A stretch of DNA of 33,134 nt from Chrysochromulina tobinii (lineage: Eukaryota). Made by a program: the position numbers and the translations under genes. Each line of letters begins with the position of its first letter. The stretch's first letter is position 1. The stretch spans positions 1 through 33,134 of the forward strand of contig JWZX01002795.1 in NCBI GenBank assembly GCA_001275005.1, in the 5' to 3' direction. Under the pieces are notes generated by a model. That model did no database searches, was not told where the DNA came from, and saw only the letters and a list, made by a program, of their open reading frames with translations. Shown in pieces: positions 1 through 10,564 of this stretch.

Positions 1-1014
1 GCCCCCGAAGTCGTCGTGAGAGACGGCAACGCCTGTGTCCAGGTTGTACAGCGTGGTGCCTTCACCTGTCGCGTGGCCGAAGCGGTACACGTTGTCCAGT
101 TTGGTCTGCCGTGTGTCGATGCGATCGAGTCCCCAGTTCCAGCGCAACCATGCATCCGCGTTCCGGTGCAACTCCCCGTTCTGCACGTCCACTATTGGGC
201 CGATGCTGCTATTCGTGTCGTACGCCTCGCCCAGCTTAAGCCACACGTTGGTCTCGTCCATGTCCCAGACGATGGAGTCTTGCACGCCCATCGGGTCGAC
301 CACGTACCGTCCTCTGGAAACACTCTGATGCTGGTGCTGGTGCTGGTGCTGGTGCTGGTGAGTCGAGCCGTCCTCATCGAAGGCAGGCAACTCGATTTCA
401 TCCACGCCCTCGATGCTCATGATGATAGTCGCATTGACTGTCGTGACTTCGTCCGTCACGCCATCGCATGCCGCCACCTTTGTTGAGGGCATGGTGATGC
501 TTGCCAAGATGACGCTGTCGCCGAGGCTCAGCGTGTGGATCGTATACACGCAGTTCGGCTGTGCGGATGAAGACAGCCAGCGACTGTCGAATAACGAGGT
601 GGTGCTGGTCGACAAGCGCATGTCCGCATGCGGCTTGTGCAGCCTGGGCACATCTGCCTTGATGACGCAGTTGGCCTCGACACCTATTGTGTGCTCGTGG
701 GTGAGCACAGCCTCGAACATGGATGAGTGGATCGAGAGCATCGGCAGCGAGCGTACGTGCGTCCACTCGCCGTCGAGGTCCGTGTGGCGGAAGCGATTGT
801 GCGGATGGCTGGGAGCGCGCCCCTCAAGGGAATCTCGAAAGGCCCGAGCGGTCGTCGAGGGGTGCACGTTGATGAGTAGCCCGTCCTCGCCGTGCTTGCA
901 GCGAGCCCGCGAGTCTAGGTAGCCAGCGTGCAGATCCGCGGCTCTGGCCCGCGACGCGGCCGTCGCGGCCAAAGCCAAGGCCGCGAGAAGCACGACGAGG
1001 CGAGAGTGCAGCAT
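1..1014 (-). CDS. Secreted subtilisin-like serine protease (peptidase S8, proteinase K-like), 5' part only; runs off the window edge
   Basis: My own translation of the minus strand from ATG 1014 is open to position 1. It starts with signal peptide MLHSRLVVLLAALALAATAASRA and ends WNWGLDRIDTRQTKLDNVYRFGHATGEGTTLYNLDTGVAVSHDDFGG. This matches the proteinase-K-family WGLDRID motif and the catalytic-Asp DTG motif. It is absent from the ORF track because it has no stop in the window. Confidence 0.9.
   Translation of the reverse strand, partial: MLHSRLVVLLAALALAATAASRARAADLHAGYLDSRARCKHGEDGLLINVHPSTTARAFRDSLEGRAPSHPHNRFRHTDLDGEWTHVRSLPMLSIHSSMFEAVLTHEHTIGVEANCVIKADVPRLHKPHADMRLSTSTTSLFDSRWLSSSAQPNCVYTIHTLSLGDSVILASITMPSTKVAACDGVTDEVTTVNATIIMSIEGVDEIELPAFDEDGSTHQHQHQHQHQHQSVSRGRYVVDPMGVQDSIVWDMDETNVWLKLGEAYDTNSSIGPIVDVQNGELHRNADAWLRWNWGLDRIDTRQTKLDNVYRFGHATGEGTTLYNLDTGVAVSHDDFGG
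325..360. repeat. (CTGGTG)n hexanucleotide repeat encoding poly-(His-Gln) in the protease pro-region
   Basis: ctgatg followed by five ctggtg; the minus strand reads HQHQHQHQHQHQ. Confidence 0.9.
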
Positions 1015-1076
1015 CCACTCTGTGTTTTTTCTTCGGTCTCTATTTGGCAATCGAGGAAGTTATGCGCGCGACCCGT

Positions 1077-1133
1077 ACTTATGAGACGTTCGTGAAATGG
1101 AGAACTTATGTCGAGACGTTCGTGAAAAGGAGA
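1077..1133. repeat. Tandem direct duplication (27/30 bp) in the divergent intergenic region
   Basis: acttatg---agacgttcgtgaaatggaga (1077-1103) followed by acttatgtcgagacgttcgtgaaaaggaga (1104-1133). Confidence 0.85.
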
Positions 1134-1213
1134 GAGTGCTTTCGAGATGCTGTGTTCGTCATAACGGAGCGCCACGGTGGGCGTCAATGTTCCCCGTCAC
1201 ATGAATTCTGTGC

Positions 1214-2599
1214 ATGGAGCCCGCGAGGGTCTGCGAGGTCGTGATCTGCATCACCATATGGTTCACCGCAGCCGTCTTCATCGAATTTGCCAACAAGCAT
1301 CTGCTAGACAGGCTTGACTTCTCCTATCCCTTCTTCCTCGTCTTCTGCACAAACACCGCCGTTGCCTGCATCGCATGGGTGGCGACACACCATCCGGAGC
1401 TGCGGCAGCCCACGGTACCGACGCGCACGTACGTTCGTGTGGTGGTTCCGCTTGGCATCGTCAGCACGCTTGACCTCGGCTTCTCCAATTGGAGCCTGGT
1501 GATGCTCGATGTGGCCTTTCACGTCATCATTAAGGGTGCAGCCCCACTCGCTGTGCTGCTTTGTGGCATCTGCCTGCGCATCGAGGCGCTCTCGGTGCGC
1601 ACGGCCCTCGCGATCGTCTTCATCACGGTCGGCCTGACGCTCGTTGCTTCCGACCGGCTGCAGCTGCCTGACCGGCCGCTGGGGATCGTGCTCGGACTCA
1701 TCTCTGTGGGCTTCACAGGGGTGCGCTGGGTGCTCACGCAGCTCCTGCTGCAGGGCGCGAGCGCGAGCAAGGGCGGCGCGCCGCCGCGCGCACCCGCCCA
1801 CCCACTCGCGTCGATGGTGTCGACGATGCCCGTCATCGCCGCCGGGGCGCTCACATGCGTCCTCATCCTCGAGCGAGAGGTCTTCATCACGCTCGTCGAG
1901 TACGCGAGCGACGCGCGGATGCGCTGGCTGCTGCTCTACCTGCCAGTCCTCTGCTCGCTCGTCTTCGCGGTGGTCTTCGTCGAGTTTCGTCTGGTGCAGC
2001 GCACCTCATCTCTAACCGTGGCCGTCATCGGCGTCTTCAAGGAGTTGTTCACAGTAGGCGCGGCGGTGCTCACAGGCGATCAGCTCTCACCCATCAACGC
2101 GCTCGGCCTCGCCCTTTGCATCGCGGGCAACGCGCTCTACTTCTGTCGCTGCTCGTGGTTGGCAATGGTCGAAGCCGACGTGATGCGCCGCTCGCACCCT
2201 TGGCGGCGCTCGTGGTGCGGCGCGGCGGAGCTCGAGATAGGCACTCGGGAGGAGGCTGGCTCACTGGTACGATTGCATTCGAGTGGCCACTACCGTACTC
2301 CATCGGACAGCAGCCTTGGCGGCCACGCCTTCTTTGGGGCATCGGCGGTGGCGAGCACTGTGGGGAGCACGGTGGGCAGCAGCACAGCGACGCGACCGCC
2401 GAGTCCCTGCTCCGCGCCAGCAACCGAGGTGCCTCTGAGCTCCAGAGCCCTGAGCGGAGCGACCGACGATACATTGTCACGCCGCCCGCCGCGCGCTCGT
2501 GCGTGGAATTATTATCTTGTGGGGTGCGGGCCGCACGAAACATGTACTTTAACACTAACCACGAGAACATGGAACTTGAATTGGGTGCAGTGGGAATAA
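1214..2599 (+). CDS. Nucleotide-sugar/triose-phosphate transporter family protein (SLC35C2-like, DMT superfamily)
   Basis: About 10 hydrophobic segments. Motifs FANKHLL..F.YPFFL, LDLGFSNWSL, GVRWVLTQLLLQ and LVQRTSSLTVAVIGVFKE are typical of SLC35C2-like proteins. The Ser-rich C-terminal tail is less certain. Confidence 0.85.
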   Translation: MEPARVCEVVICITIWFTAAVFIEFANKHLLDRLDFSYPFFLVFCTNTAVACIAWVATHHPELRQPTVPTRTYVRVVVPLGIVSTLDLGFSNWSLVMLDVAFHVIIKGAAPLAVLLCGICLRIEALSVRTALAIVFITVGLTLVASDRLQLPDRPLGIVLGLISVGFTGVRWVLTQLLLQGASASKGGAPPRAPAHPLASMVSTMPVIAAGALTCVLILEREVFITLVEYASDARMRWLLLYLPVLCSLVFAVVFVEFRLVQRTSSLTVAVIGVFKELFTVGAAVLTGDQLSPINALGLALCIAGNALYFCRCSWLAMVEADVMRRSHPWRRSWCGAAELEIGTREEAGSLVRLHSSGHYRTPSDSSLGGHAFFGASAVASTVGSTVGSSTATRPPSPCSAPATEVPLSSRALSGATDDTLSRRPPRARAWNYYLVGCGPHETCTLTLTTRTWNLNWVQWE

Positions 2600-2656
2600 A
2601 GTTAAGTTTCCTAACGCAGATAACTCGCGCACTCATTTCGAGAGGCCAGCACGCTT

Positions 2657-5302
2657 ATGCATCCTCCTGTTCCCACTGCAACGCCAGTTCCGACTGCAGC
2701 CCCAGTGCCTACAGCAACTATTAATCCACCTACACCTGATCCTTTGCTCGTGGCCGCCCAAAAGTGGGTGAAGATGCAGGCGAATCTGAAGACTCAGAAG
2801 CGCGCAAGGCAGCAGGCGCGCAAGGGGGCGGCGGATGACGAGGCGCGATGGCGGCTTCTCAATAGCGGCTTCTCAGTCCAAAGGCTCACCTCGATGAACT
2901 TCACCGAGGACCAGGCGCGGTTCGCGCTCATGACGGTGGGCGGCGACATGGACCATCTGCTGCTCGAGCGGCCGCTCATCGCCACGTCCGCGCCCACGCC
3001 GCTGCAGCGCGCGGAGTCGGTGACCACGAGAGAGGAAGACAGGATTCTCTCGCTCTCGGCGGTCGAGGTGGCCAACGAGGCGGCCTTGACCTTCGTCTGC
3101 TCGACCGAAGAGGCGATGGCAGCGCTCGAGAAGACGCAGCTCGAGGCGGCGAAGATGCTCGAGGCGGCGCGGCTCGCGTTGGGGCAGCAGGCCGCCATGG
3201 AGAGGAGAGACGAAACGCAGCACGTCATCATGGCAGCCGCCATGTGTTTGGTGCAGTGTGCGAACCAGAAGACAGCGGAGCGCGTCGTTATCGAGACAGC
3301 GCTCGATGCGGCGGCGGCGACCAAACAGGCGACGTGCGCGACGGCGGAGCGGGCGGCCCTCGAGATCGCCCTCGAGGTTGGAGAGGAGACGGAGCGCTCG
3401 GTCACCCAGCCCTTGGTGCCGACCATGCCGAAGACCGAAGACCACTGCGCCGCTCCACCGCGCTCGGCCGCCGTCACCCCCCCTCTGCCACCAGCAATCA
3501 CGCCCGATGACGCTCACGATCGCTCGATACCGACGCCCAACAGCCCCGCGAAAGCCACTCATGCAGCCGCACCTGCTGGGCCACCTCATGGGTCATCCCC
3601 TCCCTCGATTGGCCGTGGTCGCGGCGGGCGCGGTGGTCGCGGAGGCCGGGGCCAGCAACAACTCTTCGAAAACGCCTCCTTGACAGCAGCGTCCTCCCCT
3701 TCGCCAGAGGTGATGCCGCTGAAGACACCCTCTCCATTGCGCGGTGGCCAAGGCGGCCGCGGAATCTGGGACTCTCACCAACTCTTCGCAAACACCCTTT
3801 CGACAGCAGCGCACTCCCTTTCGCCTCAGGCGAAACCTCCAATTCGGACACCCCCTCCAACGGTTCCGCCCCCCTTGCGCCCGGCGGGCGGGTATGAGGC
3901 TGCAACCGCCCAGCTCCGGGCGTATGAGCGGCTGCTCGACGTGACAGAGCTGCCTGCGGTCGCCGTGTATCGCGCCGAGCAGCTGCAGGCCCTCGGGCAC
4001 GCCATCGAACGCCTCGTGCCCGTGACCGCCGCCAAGCCCCCAGAGCATCTCGCAGGCGATCTCGTCAACAAGATTGTCTTCAGGGAGGCTCCCGGATTCC
4101 TAACCGGCGTCAACGACGGCGGCAGCGCTGACGCGGCCATGCACGGCGCTGACGTGGTCATTCCATCCTTCGTGTGCCCCGTCTTCCTTGCCAACCAGCT
4201 GCAGACTAGCATCCTGCCCGCGACGACGGACGAGCGCAAGGTGCAAGGGCACGTGCTTAAGCTGCAGCTGCGATGCTCGCACGCCTCCGTGGCCGTCGCA
4301 CAGTACGCCTACGAGCAGCGCGAGCTCTGGCGGCGGCGGCTCGCCAACGGCGCGCGGCTCAGCGACGTGCATCTCGGCATGAGCTGCGTACCCGACCCAA
4401 CCGACAGCGCGTCCGTGCTGATCAAGTGGCGGCGCGAGCCCAGCGGCGACGGGCCGACGCACATCGTTCGACTGTGGCGTTCGCACTACGTCGGGCTCCA
4501 GGCCCTGCATCGCCGCCACCGCGCCGCAAGTTTCTGCTGTGCCAGCGATGGTGCGAGCGGGAGCAGCGGGAGCAGCGGCAGCGCAAGCTTCGGCGCAAGC
4601 GGCAGTGGCGGCGGCTCGTCGGTGTGCGTGGGCGCAGAGGCGGCCCAGCTGGCAGCGGGGCTCGAGCTAACCCACATATTCGCAATGGTCGTGCGCTACG
4701 AGGTGCTCGCCGCGAGCAAGGCCGCGTACCAGGCGGCGCTGCCTCCGCGGCTCATGACACTGCTACAGGCGCGCCTTGGCTGCACGCACGAGTGCTACGC
4801 GTCACCGCTCAACCGCTCGCCCTCGTACGTGTCTTTCTGCTCAGCGTTTGCCGACACCGATCGCCATTTCGGCTCGTGCGGCTCCTTCTTCCAATGGTGG
4901 CCGGAAACGGGCTCCTTTGAGTGCAACCCACCCTTTGATGCCAAGAGCATCATCGCATGCTTCGACCACATTGCCGAGATCCTCAGCGCGAGTTCACAGC
5001 CGCTCAGCTTCGTTCTGACTGTGCCCACCATCGATAGACCGACGGGCCGAGCGAGCCACGCGCTGCAGGCCATGAGCCGGCGCGGCCTGTGGCGCGCCTC
5101 CATCGAGGTGGCCGCGCACGAGCACGTCTACCAGATGGGCCTCCAGCACCGGCGCTGCGGCACCGACGGTCAAGGTGACCGTCGATGCTGGAAGCCCTTG
5201 CTGGCCTCGACGGCGTACATTTTGCAGAACGAAGAAGGCGCGAAGTGGCCGGTTACTGAAGGGTTGGCGGATGAGGTGAGGCGCGCGTGGGCTTGTGTGT
5301 GA
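2657..5302 (+). CDS. PCIF1/CAPAM-like adenosine N6-methyltransferase with N-terminal UBA-like, Pro-rich and RGG segments
   Basis: The C-terminal domain has YQAALP, ECYASPLN, FCSAFADTDRHFGSCGSFF, GSFECNPPF (NPPF at 4925-4936) and PLSFV, the motif series of the PCIF1 methyltransferase domain. Confidence 0.85.
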   Translation: MHPPVPTATPVPTAAPVPTATINPPTPDPLLVAAQKWVKMQANLKTQKRARQQARKGAADDEARWRLLNSGFSVQRLTSMNFTEDQARFALMTVGGDMDHLLLERPLIATSAPTPLQRAESVTTREEDRILSLSAVEVANEAALTFVCSTEEAMAALEKTQLEAAKMLEAARLALGQQAAMERRDETQHVIMAAAMCLVQCANQKTAERVVIETALDAAAATKQATCATAERAALEIALEVGEETERSVTQPLVPTMPKTEDHCAAPPRSAAVTPPLPPAITPDDAHDRSIPTPNSPAKATHAAAPAGPPHGSSPPSIGRGRGGRGGRGGRGQQQLFENASLTAASSPSPEVMPLKTPSPLRGGQGGRGIWDSHQLFANTLSTAAHSLSPQAKPPIRTPPPTVPPPLRPAGGYEAATAQLRAYERLLDVTELPAVAVYRAEQLQALGHAIERLVPVTAAKPPEHLAGDLVNKIVFREAPGFLTGVNDGGSADAAMHGADVVIPSFVCPVFLANQLQTSILPATTDERKVQGHVLKLQLRCSHASVAVAQYAYEQRELWRRRLANGARLSDVHLGMSCVPDPTDSASVLIKWRREPSGDGPTHIVRLWRSHYVGLQALHRRHRAASFCCASDGASGSSGSSGSASFGASGSGGGSSVCVGAEAAQLAAGLELTHIFAMVVRYEVLAASKAAYQAALPPRLMTLLQARLGCTHECYASPLNRSPSYVSFCSAFADTDRHFGSCGSFFQWWPETGSFECNPPFDAKSIIACFDHIAEILSASSQPLSFVLTVPTIDRPTGRASHALQAMSRRGLWRASIEVAAHEHVYQMGLQHRRCGTDGQGDRRCWKPLLASTAYILQNEEGAKWPVTEGLADEVRRAWACV

Positions 5303-5590
5303 GGTGCGTTCAGTGCGAAGCGGACACCGGACAGGCACAAGTTCCCCAGGCACGCCATCCGCATGCATCCGGACATAATATGTAACCGTTTCTCGACACA
5401 GTAAAGTTACCCGAGGGGCACCATGAGGCCACTTTGCGTCCGGTGTGATTCCATGTGTCACCATGTTTCACCCCTTGCATGCAAGTCCACTTGTCTCGAC
5501 AGGGCTTTTGAAACGACGCGAAAAGGTGTCGGGACTTCGACTTCTTGAAGACACTTCGTCGGGACAACTTGCAATTTGGACGTCTTGGGG

Positions 5591-7195
5591 ATGGCCACAC
5601 CGCCGCCTCCGAATCTCCCGACGGTCTCACAAGTGCTGGCCGACTTTGCCATGCGCGTGCAGGGCCTGTGCAAGCTCCAGGCCGACACGGACGCGCGCGC
5701 GGCGGTCACGGCACTCATCGCAATGCTCAAGCTCGTGCCCGAATCAGAGGGTGCTCAGGCCGAAGCGGCGGCTGCACTTGCACAGTGCATGGCCGAGTCT
5801 GGCGGAAATCGCTCCGTCGTCGAGGAGAATGGTGGGACCGAAGCGCTCGTCGCATTGATGAACTCGAGGTCGGCCACTCCGCCGATGCTCATCTCCGCGT
5901 GCCATGCGATCCACATGCTCGTTCGCAACCCGGAGAATTGCGCGGCCGCCTGCCGCGCAGGCGCGCACGTGCCCGTCACGAGGATGGCGCAGCTAGCCAG
6001 AAGCGCCGAGCTCGCCGGCGGCGCCACTCCAGCGGCGGGCACGCTCTGCCACCTCGCCGAGAGCTCTGCACATGCGCGCACTCTGCTGCGCGAGGCGGGC
6101 GCGGCCGAGCCACTGGCGTCCCTCATCCTCGTGAGCGCCGAGACGGGCAGCGCGGGCGACTCGGCGGCGTCCAAGTTTGCGGGCTTCGCGCTCCTCTCAC
6201 TCGTGCAAGAGGAGCCGCAGGTCGTCATCGATGCCGTCGACAAGGTCTGCCGCGGCGAGCCTCAATTCTCGAGGGCGCTAGAGACGAGTTGCCCGGAGTG
6301 CCTCGAGATGCTCCAGAAGCACGTGATGAGCAGGCTACGGGTCGCCATGGACGGCTCGGATGTCAAGGTGCTACAGGACCTGCTCGCCCTCGGTCACGGC
6401 GTCAACCTCGCTGCGGCCGTCCTAAAGGAGGCCAAGGCTAAGTTCCGAGCCGTCATGCAACGTGCCGAGGAGTCAAATAAGGCCCGCGGCGCGGCAGGCG
6501 CTGGCGGCGCGGACAAGGCGAAGACGGAGGCGTCAAACGGCCCGCCAAGCCGGCGGGCTGCCTCCCCCGCCAAGCCCCGGCTCGCCAAAACCGGCGCCGT
6601 TGCGGGTACCGCTGCCCTTGACGAGCTCCGCCACCTCAAGGCCCTCGAGGTGGCGGAGCTCTCGGCGCGGAGCAAAGCCGGCACAGGCACAGGCAAGGGT
6701 GCCGCGCCGTCCTCGGCGGTCACCTCGGCGGCCGCGGCCGAGCAGCCGGCGGCGTCGCATCGGCAAGCGCTCGGCGCCCCGACGGCGATGCGCGTGGCGT
6801 CCACGGCCCTCCCAAGGTCTACCAGTACTAATACCAATACTGCCGTGCCCAATGCCATCGCTGCTTACGCGCCTCCCGTCACGCTGGCTGACGCCGCCAA
6901 AGGTAACAACGGCACGGCCTCCGAACCACTTCGGCCCACGACGACGCCGATGGCGGCCCTCTTCGGCTCTTCGGACGCCCTAATGGAGGCCGGCCTGCTG
7001 CTCAATGACGGGCTCGGCTCGGTGCGAAAGGCCTTTGAACAAGCGATCGTGGGCATGCGCGCTGAGAAAGAGAAGTTGCACCTCGAGTTGCAACTTGAGC
7101 AGGAGCGCAGCCGGCAGCTCGCCGCACAGCTCGCCGCGACGATGCTGCTCCACGGCCAGAAGGAGGCAGCCGAACTGGAGCTAGCCGCCCAGTGA
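5591..7195 (+). CDS. Armadillo-repeat protein with low-complexity linker and C-terminal coiled coil
   Basis: ARM-like units AAAALAQCMAESGGNRSVVEENGGTEALVALM, NPENCAAACRAGAHVPV and ARTLLREAGAAEPLASLI. Coiled-coil-like tail EKEKLHLELQLEQERSRQL. First ATG at 5591. Confidence 0.7.
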   Translation: MATPPPPNLPTVSQVLADFAMRVQGLCKLQADTDARAAVTALIAMLKLVPESEGAQAEAAAALAQCMAESGGNRSVVEENGGTEALVALMNSRSATPPMLISACHAIHMLVRNPENCAAACRAGAHVPVTRMAQLARSAELAGGATPAAGTLCHLAESSAHARTLLREAGAAEPLASLILVSAETGSAGDSAASKFAGFALLSLVQEEPQVVIDAVDKVCRGEPQFSRALETSCPECLEMLQKHVMSRLRVAMDGSDVKVLQDLLALGHGVNLAAAVLKEAKAKFRAVMQRAEESNKARGAAGAGGADKAKTEASNGPPSRRAASPAKPRLAKTGAVAGTAALDELRHLKALEVAELSARSKAGTGTGKGAAPSSAVTSAAAAEQPAASHRQALGAPTAMRVASTALPRSTSTNTNTAVPNAIAAYAPPVTLADAAKGNNGTASEPLRPTTTPMAALFGSSDALMEAGLLLNDGLGSVRKAFEQAIVGMRAEKEKLHLELQLEQERSRQLAAQLAATMLLHGQKEAAELELAAQ

Positions 7196-7881
7196 GCAAG
7201 GTGAGATAGTGGGCGGGAAGTCTCGCCGCGCGTGACCTGCCACCTGCGCCTCAGTCGTCCGTGCCTACTGCCCTGCGGTCGGGTGCTGGGGACGGACGAC
7301 GGGACTTATCGCTCATTGCTCGCATTGCGGAACGATCCGTGGGTGGGTAACCGCGATTTGGTCTTAGTACGGGTCTCGTTTAGGTCTCGTACGTTGAGTA
7401 CGCCCGGCCTATCGTTCAAGATACAAGAACCTATACCGAGTACCGTACCTCGCGCCTAGTGCATGATGACCGGACCGTGGCCTGGCGTTGGCCGCGGTTA
7501 CCCAACCCAAGTACTGGACCATTTCCTGCTCTGGGTTCGGTGACATGCGGCATGCTCCGCTCATGGTCGCCCGGTGTGGCCTTGCACCGCGCGAAGAGTG
7601 CCCCGCTGCCATACAGACACACAGCGATACATCCTCCGCCGTGTACGTACCTTTGTTGCAATCGCTCCGCACACACTCTCTCTCTTCTTCCACTATTGGC
7701 TACTGCGCTCCATCGCGCATCCTCAGCTCTCGCGACCATCGGCGCGCAGACGCATTTTGTGCCGAGTCCAGCCTCCCACGCGAGCCTTCATGTGCGCCAC
7801 CACTCTCGCATGTCCACTACGTCCTGGGAGGGCCCCGCCTCTGCTGGACCCCTGTGCACGCCGACGGTGCTGGGCCCACGC

Positions 7882-8972
7882 TTACATGCGCCCAAACTGC
7901 ACCTCGCGAGTGTCGGAACGCATCCACCACGCGATCACGGGCACGTTCGGCACGACCTTGCCGATGGCATCCAAGGGGGCGAAGACCGGCGCGGCCTCCT
8001 GCACGACCTCCTGTGCGGTGTCCTGCGCGGCAGCACCCTTGCCCCAGGCGGGCGCATCGAGCTTCGCAAGCCATGCGGCCTTGGCTGCAGCCTCATTGGG
8101 GAGAGCGGCAGCGCGGCCCCAGACCGGCGTGTCCAGCTTGGCGAGCCATGCAGCCTTCGCGGCGGCAGCATCGTTGTAGGCAGCGGGCGCCGACTCAGCA
8201 ACTAAGTCGGCAACCTGCCCGTCAGCCGAGGTGGGTACAACACGACCCTGGCCCCAGACCGGCGCGTCGAGCTTGGCGAGCCACGCGGCCTTGGCGGCAG
8301 CCTCGTTGGTGGGGGCAGCCTTGTGGCCCCATGCCGGCGCGTCGAGCTTGGCGAGCCACGCGGCCTTGGCGGAAGCCTCGTTGGTAGCAGCGGGGCCAAC
8401 GTAGTCGGGGACCTGCGCGGCATCCGACACGGGCGCAGCACGCTGGCCCCATGCCGGCGCGTCGAGCTTGGCGAGCCACGCGGCCTTGGCGGCAGCCTCG
8501 TTGGTGGGGGCGGCTTTGTGGCCCCAGGCCGGCGCATCGAGCTTGGCGAGCCACGCGGCCTTGGCGGCAGTCTCGCTGGTGGAAGCGGCCATCGACGCGG
8601 CCGGAGCATCGTAGGTGGGCTCAGACAAAGGCGATGCACGATCCTTGCCGAAAACGGGCGAGTCGAGCTTGGCGAGCCAGGCAGCCTTAGCAGCTGCCTC
8701 GTTCATGACGATCTTGGACGAGGACATCTTGCCGGTCGACGCGCCGGTCATGGATGAAGACTGCGAGCGCGGGACCGAGGGTTGCAGAGCGTGCACAGTG
8801 AGCCACGCAGTTCGGGCGTGTGCGTGCGCAGGAAGAGGCGGAGCGCGCGGGAAGAGGCGAAGAGGCTCAACGCGGAGACGCGATATGGACGAGTGTCACG
8901 GCTCGTGGTATCATAGGAGTGCTAAGTTACCGAGAGCGCGATGGCTGACGAGCAGATCACGAGGCGAAGCAT
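7882..8972 (-). CDS. Ala-rich repeat protein with 7 copies of (N/S)(E/D)xxAKAAWLAKLDxPxWG, with a predicted N-terminal signal exon
   Basis: Predicted exon 1 is 8972-8931 (MLRLVICSSAIALS). A phase-0 intron spans 8930-8761 (GTAACT...TCGCAG) and exon 2 is 8760-7882. The repeats are conserved at protein level with synonymous variation. An alternative start is ATG 8751. Confidence 0.7.
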
Positions 8973-9424
8973 GATGTGAGATGGGAGAAGCTTTTTTGAG
9001 CTTCTCCGATGGTGGACGAAGGCGAGAACAGAGCTCCGGACGCGAGACGAGTGCCTCGAGTAGTCTTCGAATCCGTCGGGAGTTTGTAACGGTTTGAGCT
9101 ACTCTTGAGATCGTGCGCTCGTTTTCGTTCAGCGCCGGACATCCACAACATATTCAACATTTTGTCATTTGAAGAAATGATTATCCAACAGTTGTACAGT
9201 TTAAGGTGTACATGTACGCGTCTGTTGAGGACTTGAGGTTGTTGGGCGCCGGAGTGTATGCTTGACATGTACCCACGACAGTCACCTCGTCATCCCTCAG
9301 TTTGAAGTTGGGTGCATCAGTTTGGGGGTCACGAAGTAAGGTGTCCCGAGCGTCCCAAGCGAAACCACCTCTCCCTCTCGCGGAAGGAACTCCTGCCGAG
9401 AAGGCCGCCCTTAGTAGTGCTTAC

Positions 9425-10075
9425 ATGGGCATCGCTCGCGGCCGCCTGCAAGAGGAGCGCAAGTCATGGCGCAAGGATCATCCCCACGTGCGTGCTAGGT
9501 CCACGTCGCGCATCCCTCTCCACGCTCTGACGCGTCACAGCTCACATTCAGCCGTCCGCCGCGCAGGGCTTTGTGGCCAAGCCAGCGACGCTGCCCGACG
9601 GCACGCAGGACATCCTCAACTGGGATGTTGTCATTCCTGGCAAGGACGGCACCATCTGGGAGAATGCGCGCATCCCGATGACTATGACGTTCAGCGAGGA
9701 CTACCCAAACAAGCCGCCCATCTGCAAGTTCAAGCTCGTGGGGTCAACCGGCAAACCGCTCTTCCACCCGAACGTATACCCGTCGGGCAAGATCTGCCTC
9801 TCGCTGCTAGATCCTGATAAGGTGCGCATGCACCCTCTCGACGCTCCCGTCGCGCGCTCATCGGCTCACCACCCCTGCATCGCCACCTCTCCTCAACGCA
9901 GGGTTGGAAGCCCTCGCTCACCATCAAGCACCTGTTGGTGGGCATCCAGTCGCTGCTCGACGAACCGAACAACCAAGATCCCGCGCAGGAGGAGCCATTC
10001 AAAGCTTACAAGCACAATAAGGCCGAGTACGAGCAGAAGGTGAAGGCGCAGGTGGCGATGCTCCGCGGCGTGTGA
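9425..10075 (+). CDS. UBC9: SUMO-conjugating enzyme E2, 163 aa, 3 exons
   Basis: Exons 9425-9487, 9567-9821 and 9902-10075; introns are GTGCG...GCAG. The spliced protein reads [27 protein letters not shown]...[43 protein letters not shown]. The RxRLxEERKxWRKDHP N-terminus is characteristic of Ubc9. Confidence 0.95.
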
Positions 10076-10564
10076 AGCTAAGGCGCTCCTTGAGGCGTTG
10101 AGCGTAGGTAGTAGGCCTTTAGCATGCTGGCACGGGCGGTGAGGCAGGCAGTATCCCGCGCTCGGAGCGGCCGCAGAGGCGCACACGGCGCCCCGGGCTG
10201 CGCCGCGCTGTCACGTGGCTGCTGAGCGTCAGAGGAGGACGCACGAGGCCACACCGTCCGCCACCGCCGTCCGGCGTCCCGCTCCGCTCGAGCCTCAGCC
10301 TCGAGTTTCCACGCGCGGGCACCAGTGGCACATTGCTACAGGGTACACTGTCTTTCCATAGTGGCTGCTACAGTGTACTCTAGAGTGTTAACCAACTTCT
10401 TTATTACGAGTGCACTCACCATTGTCCTAACGAAACTCGCGTTTAAACGGCGCCGCGTTAAAAACGTCGCGATCTCGCGAATAATCCCGATCTCGCACGT
10501 GATATGAGATTTCTACGTAAAACGTAAACGTATGGTCTATGGAACCAGGGTCTATCGAATTATA

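Noticed and set aside
16..922. Plus-strand ORFs 16-486 and 413-922
   Set aside because: They are antisense shadows of the minus-strand subtilase.
7459..8387. Plus-strand ORFs of 200-300 aa
   Set aside because: They are antisense to the repeat protein or its 3' region, have Arg/Pro-rich GC-driven composition and show no motifs.
8045..8706. Regularly spaced DNA repeats with variable spacers as a CRISPR-like or RNA array
   Set aside because: All units stay in one reading frame and vary mainly at synonymous positions, which a protein repeat explains.
9302..10043. ORFs 9302-9817 and 9573-10043 as separate genes
   Set aside because: They are exon fragments of the single spliced UBC9 gene.
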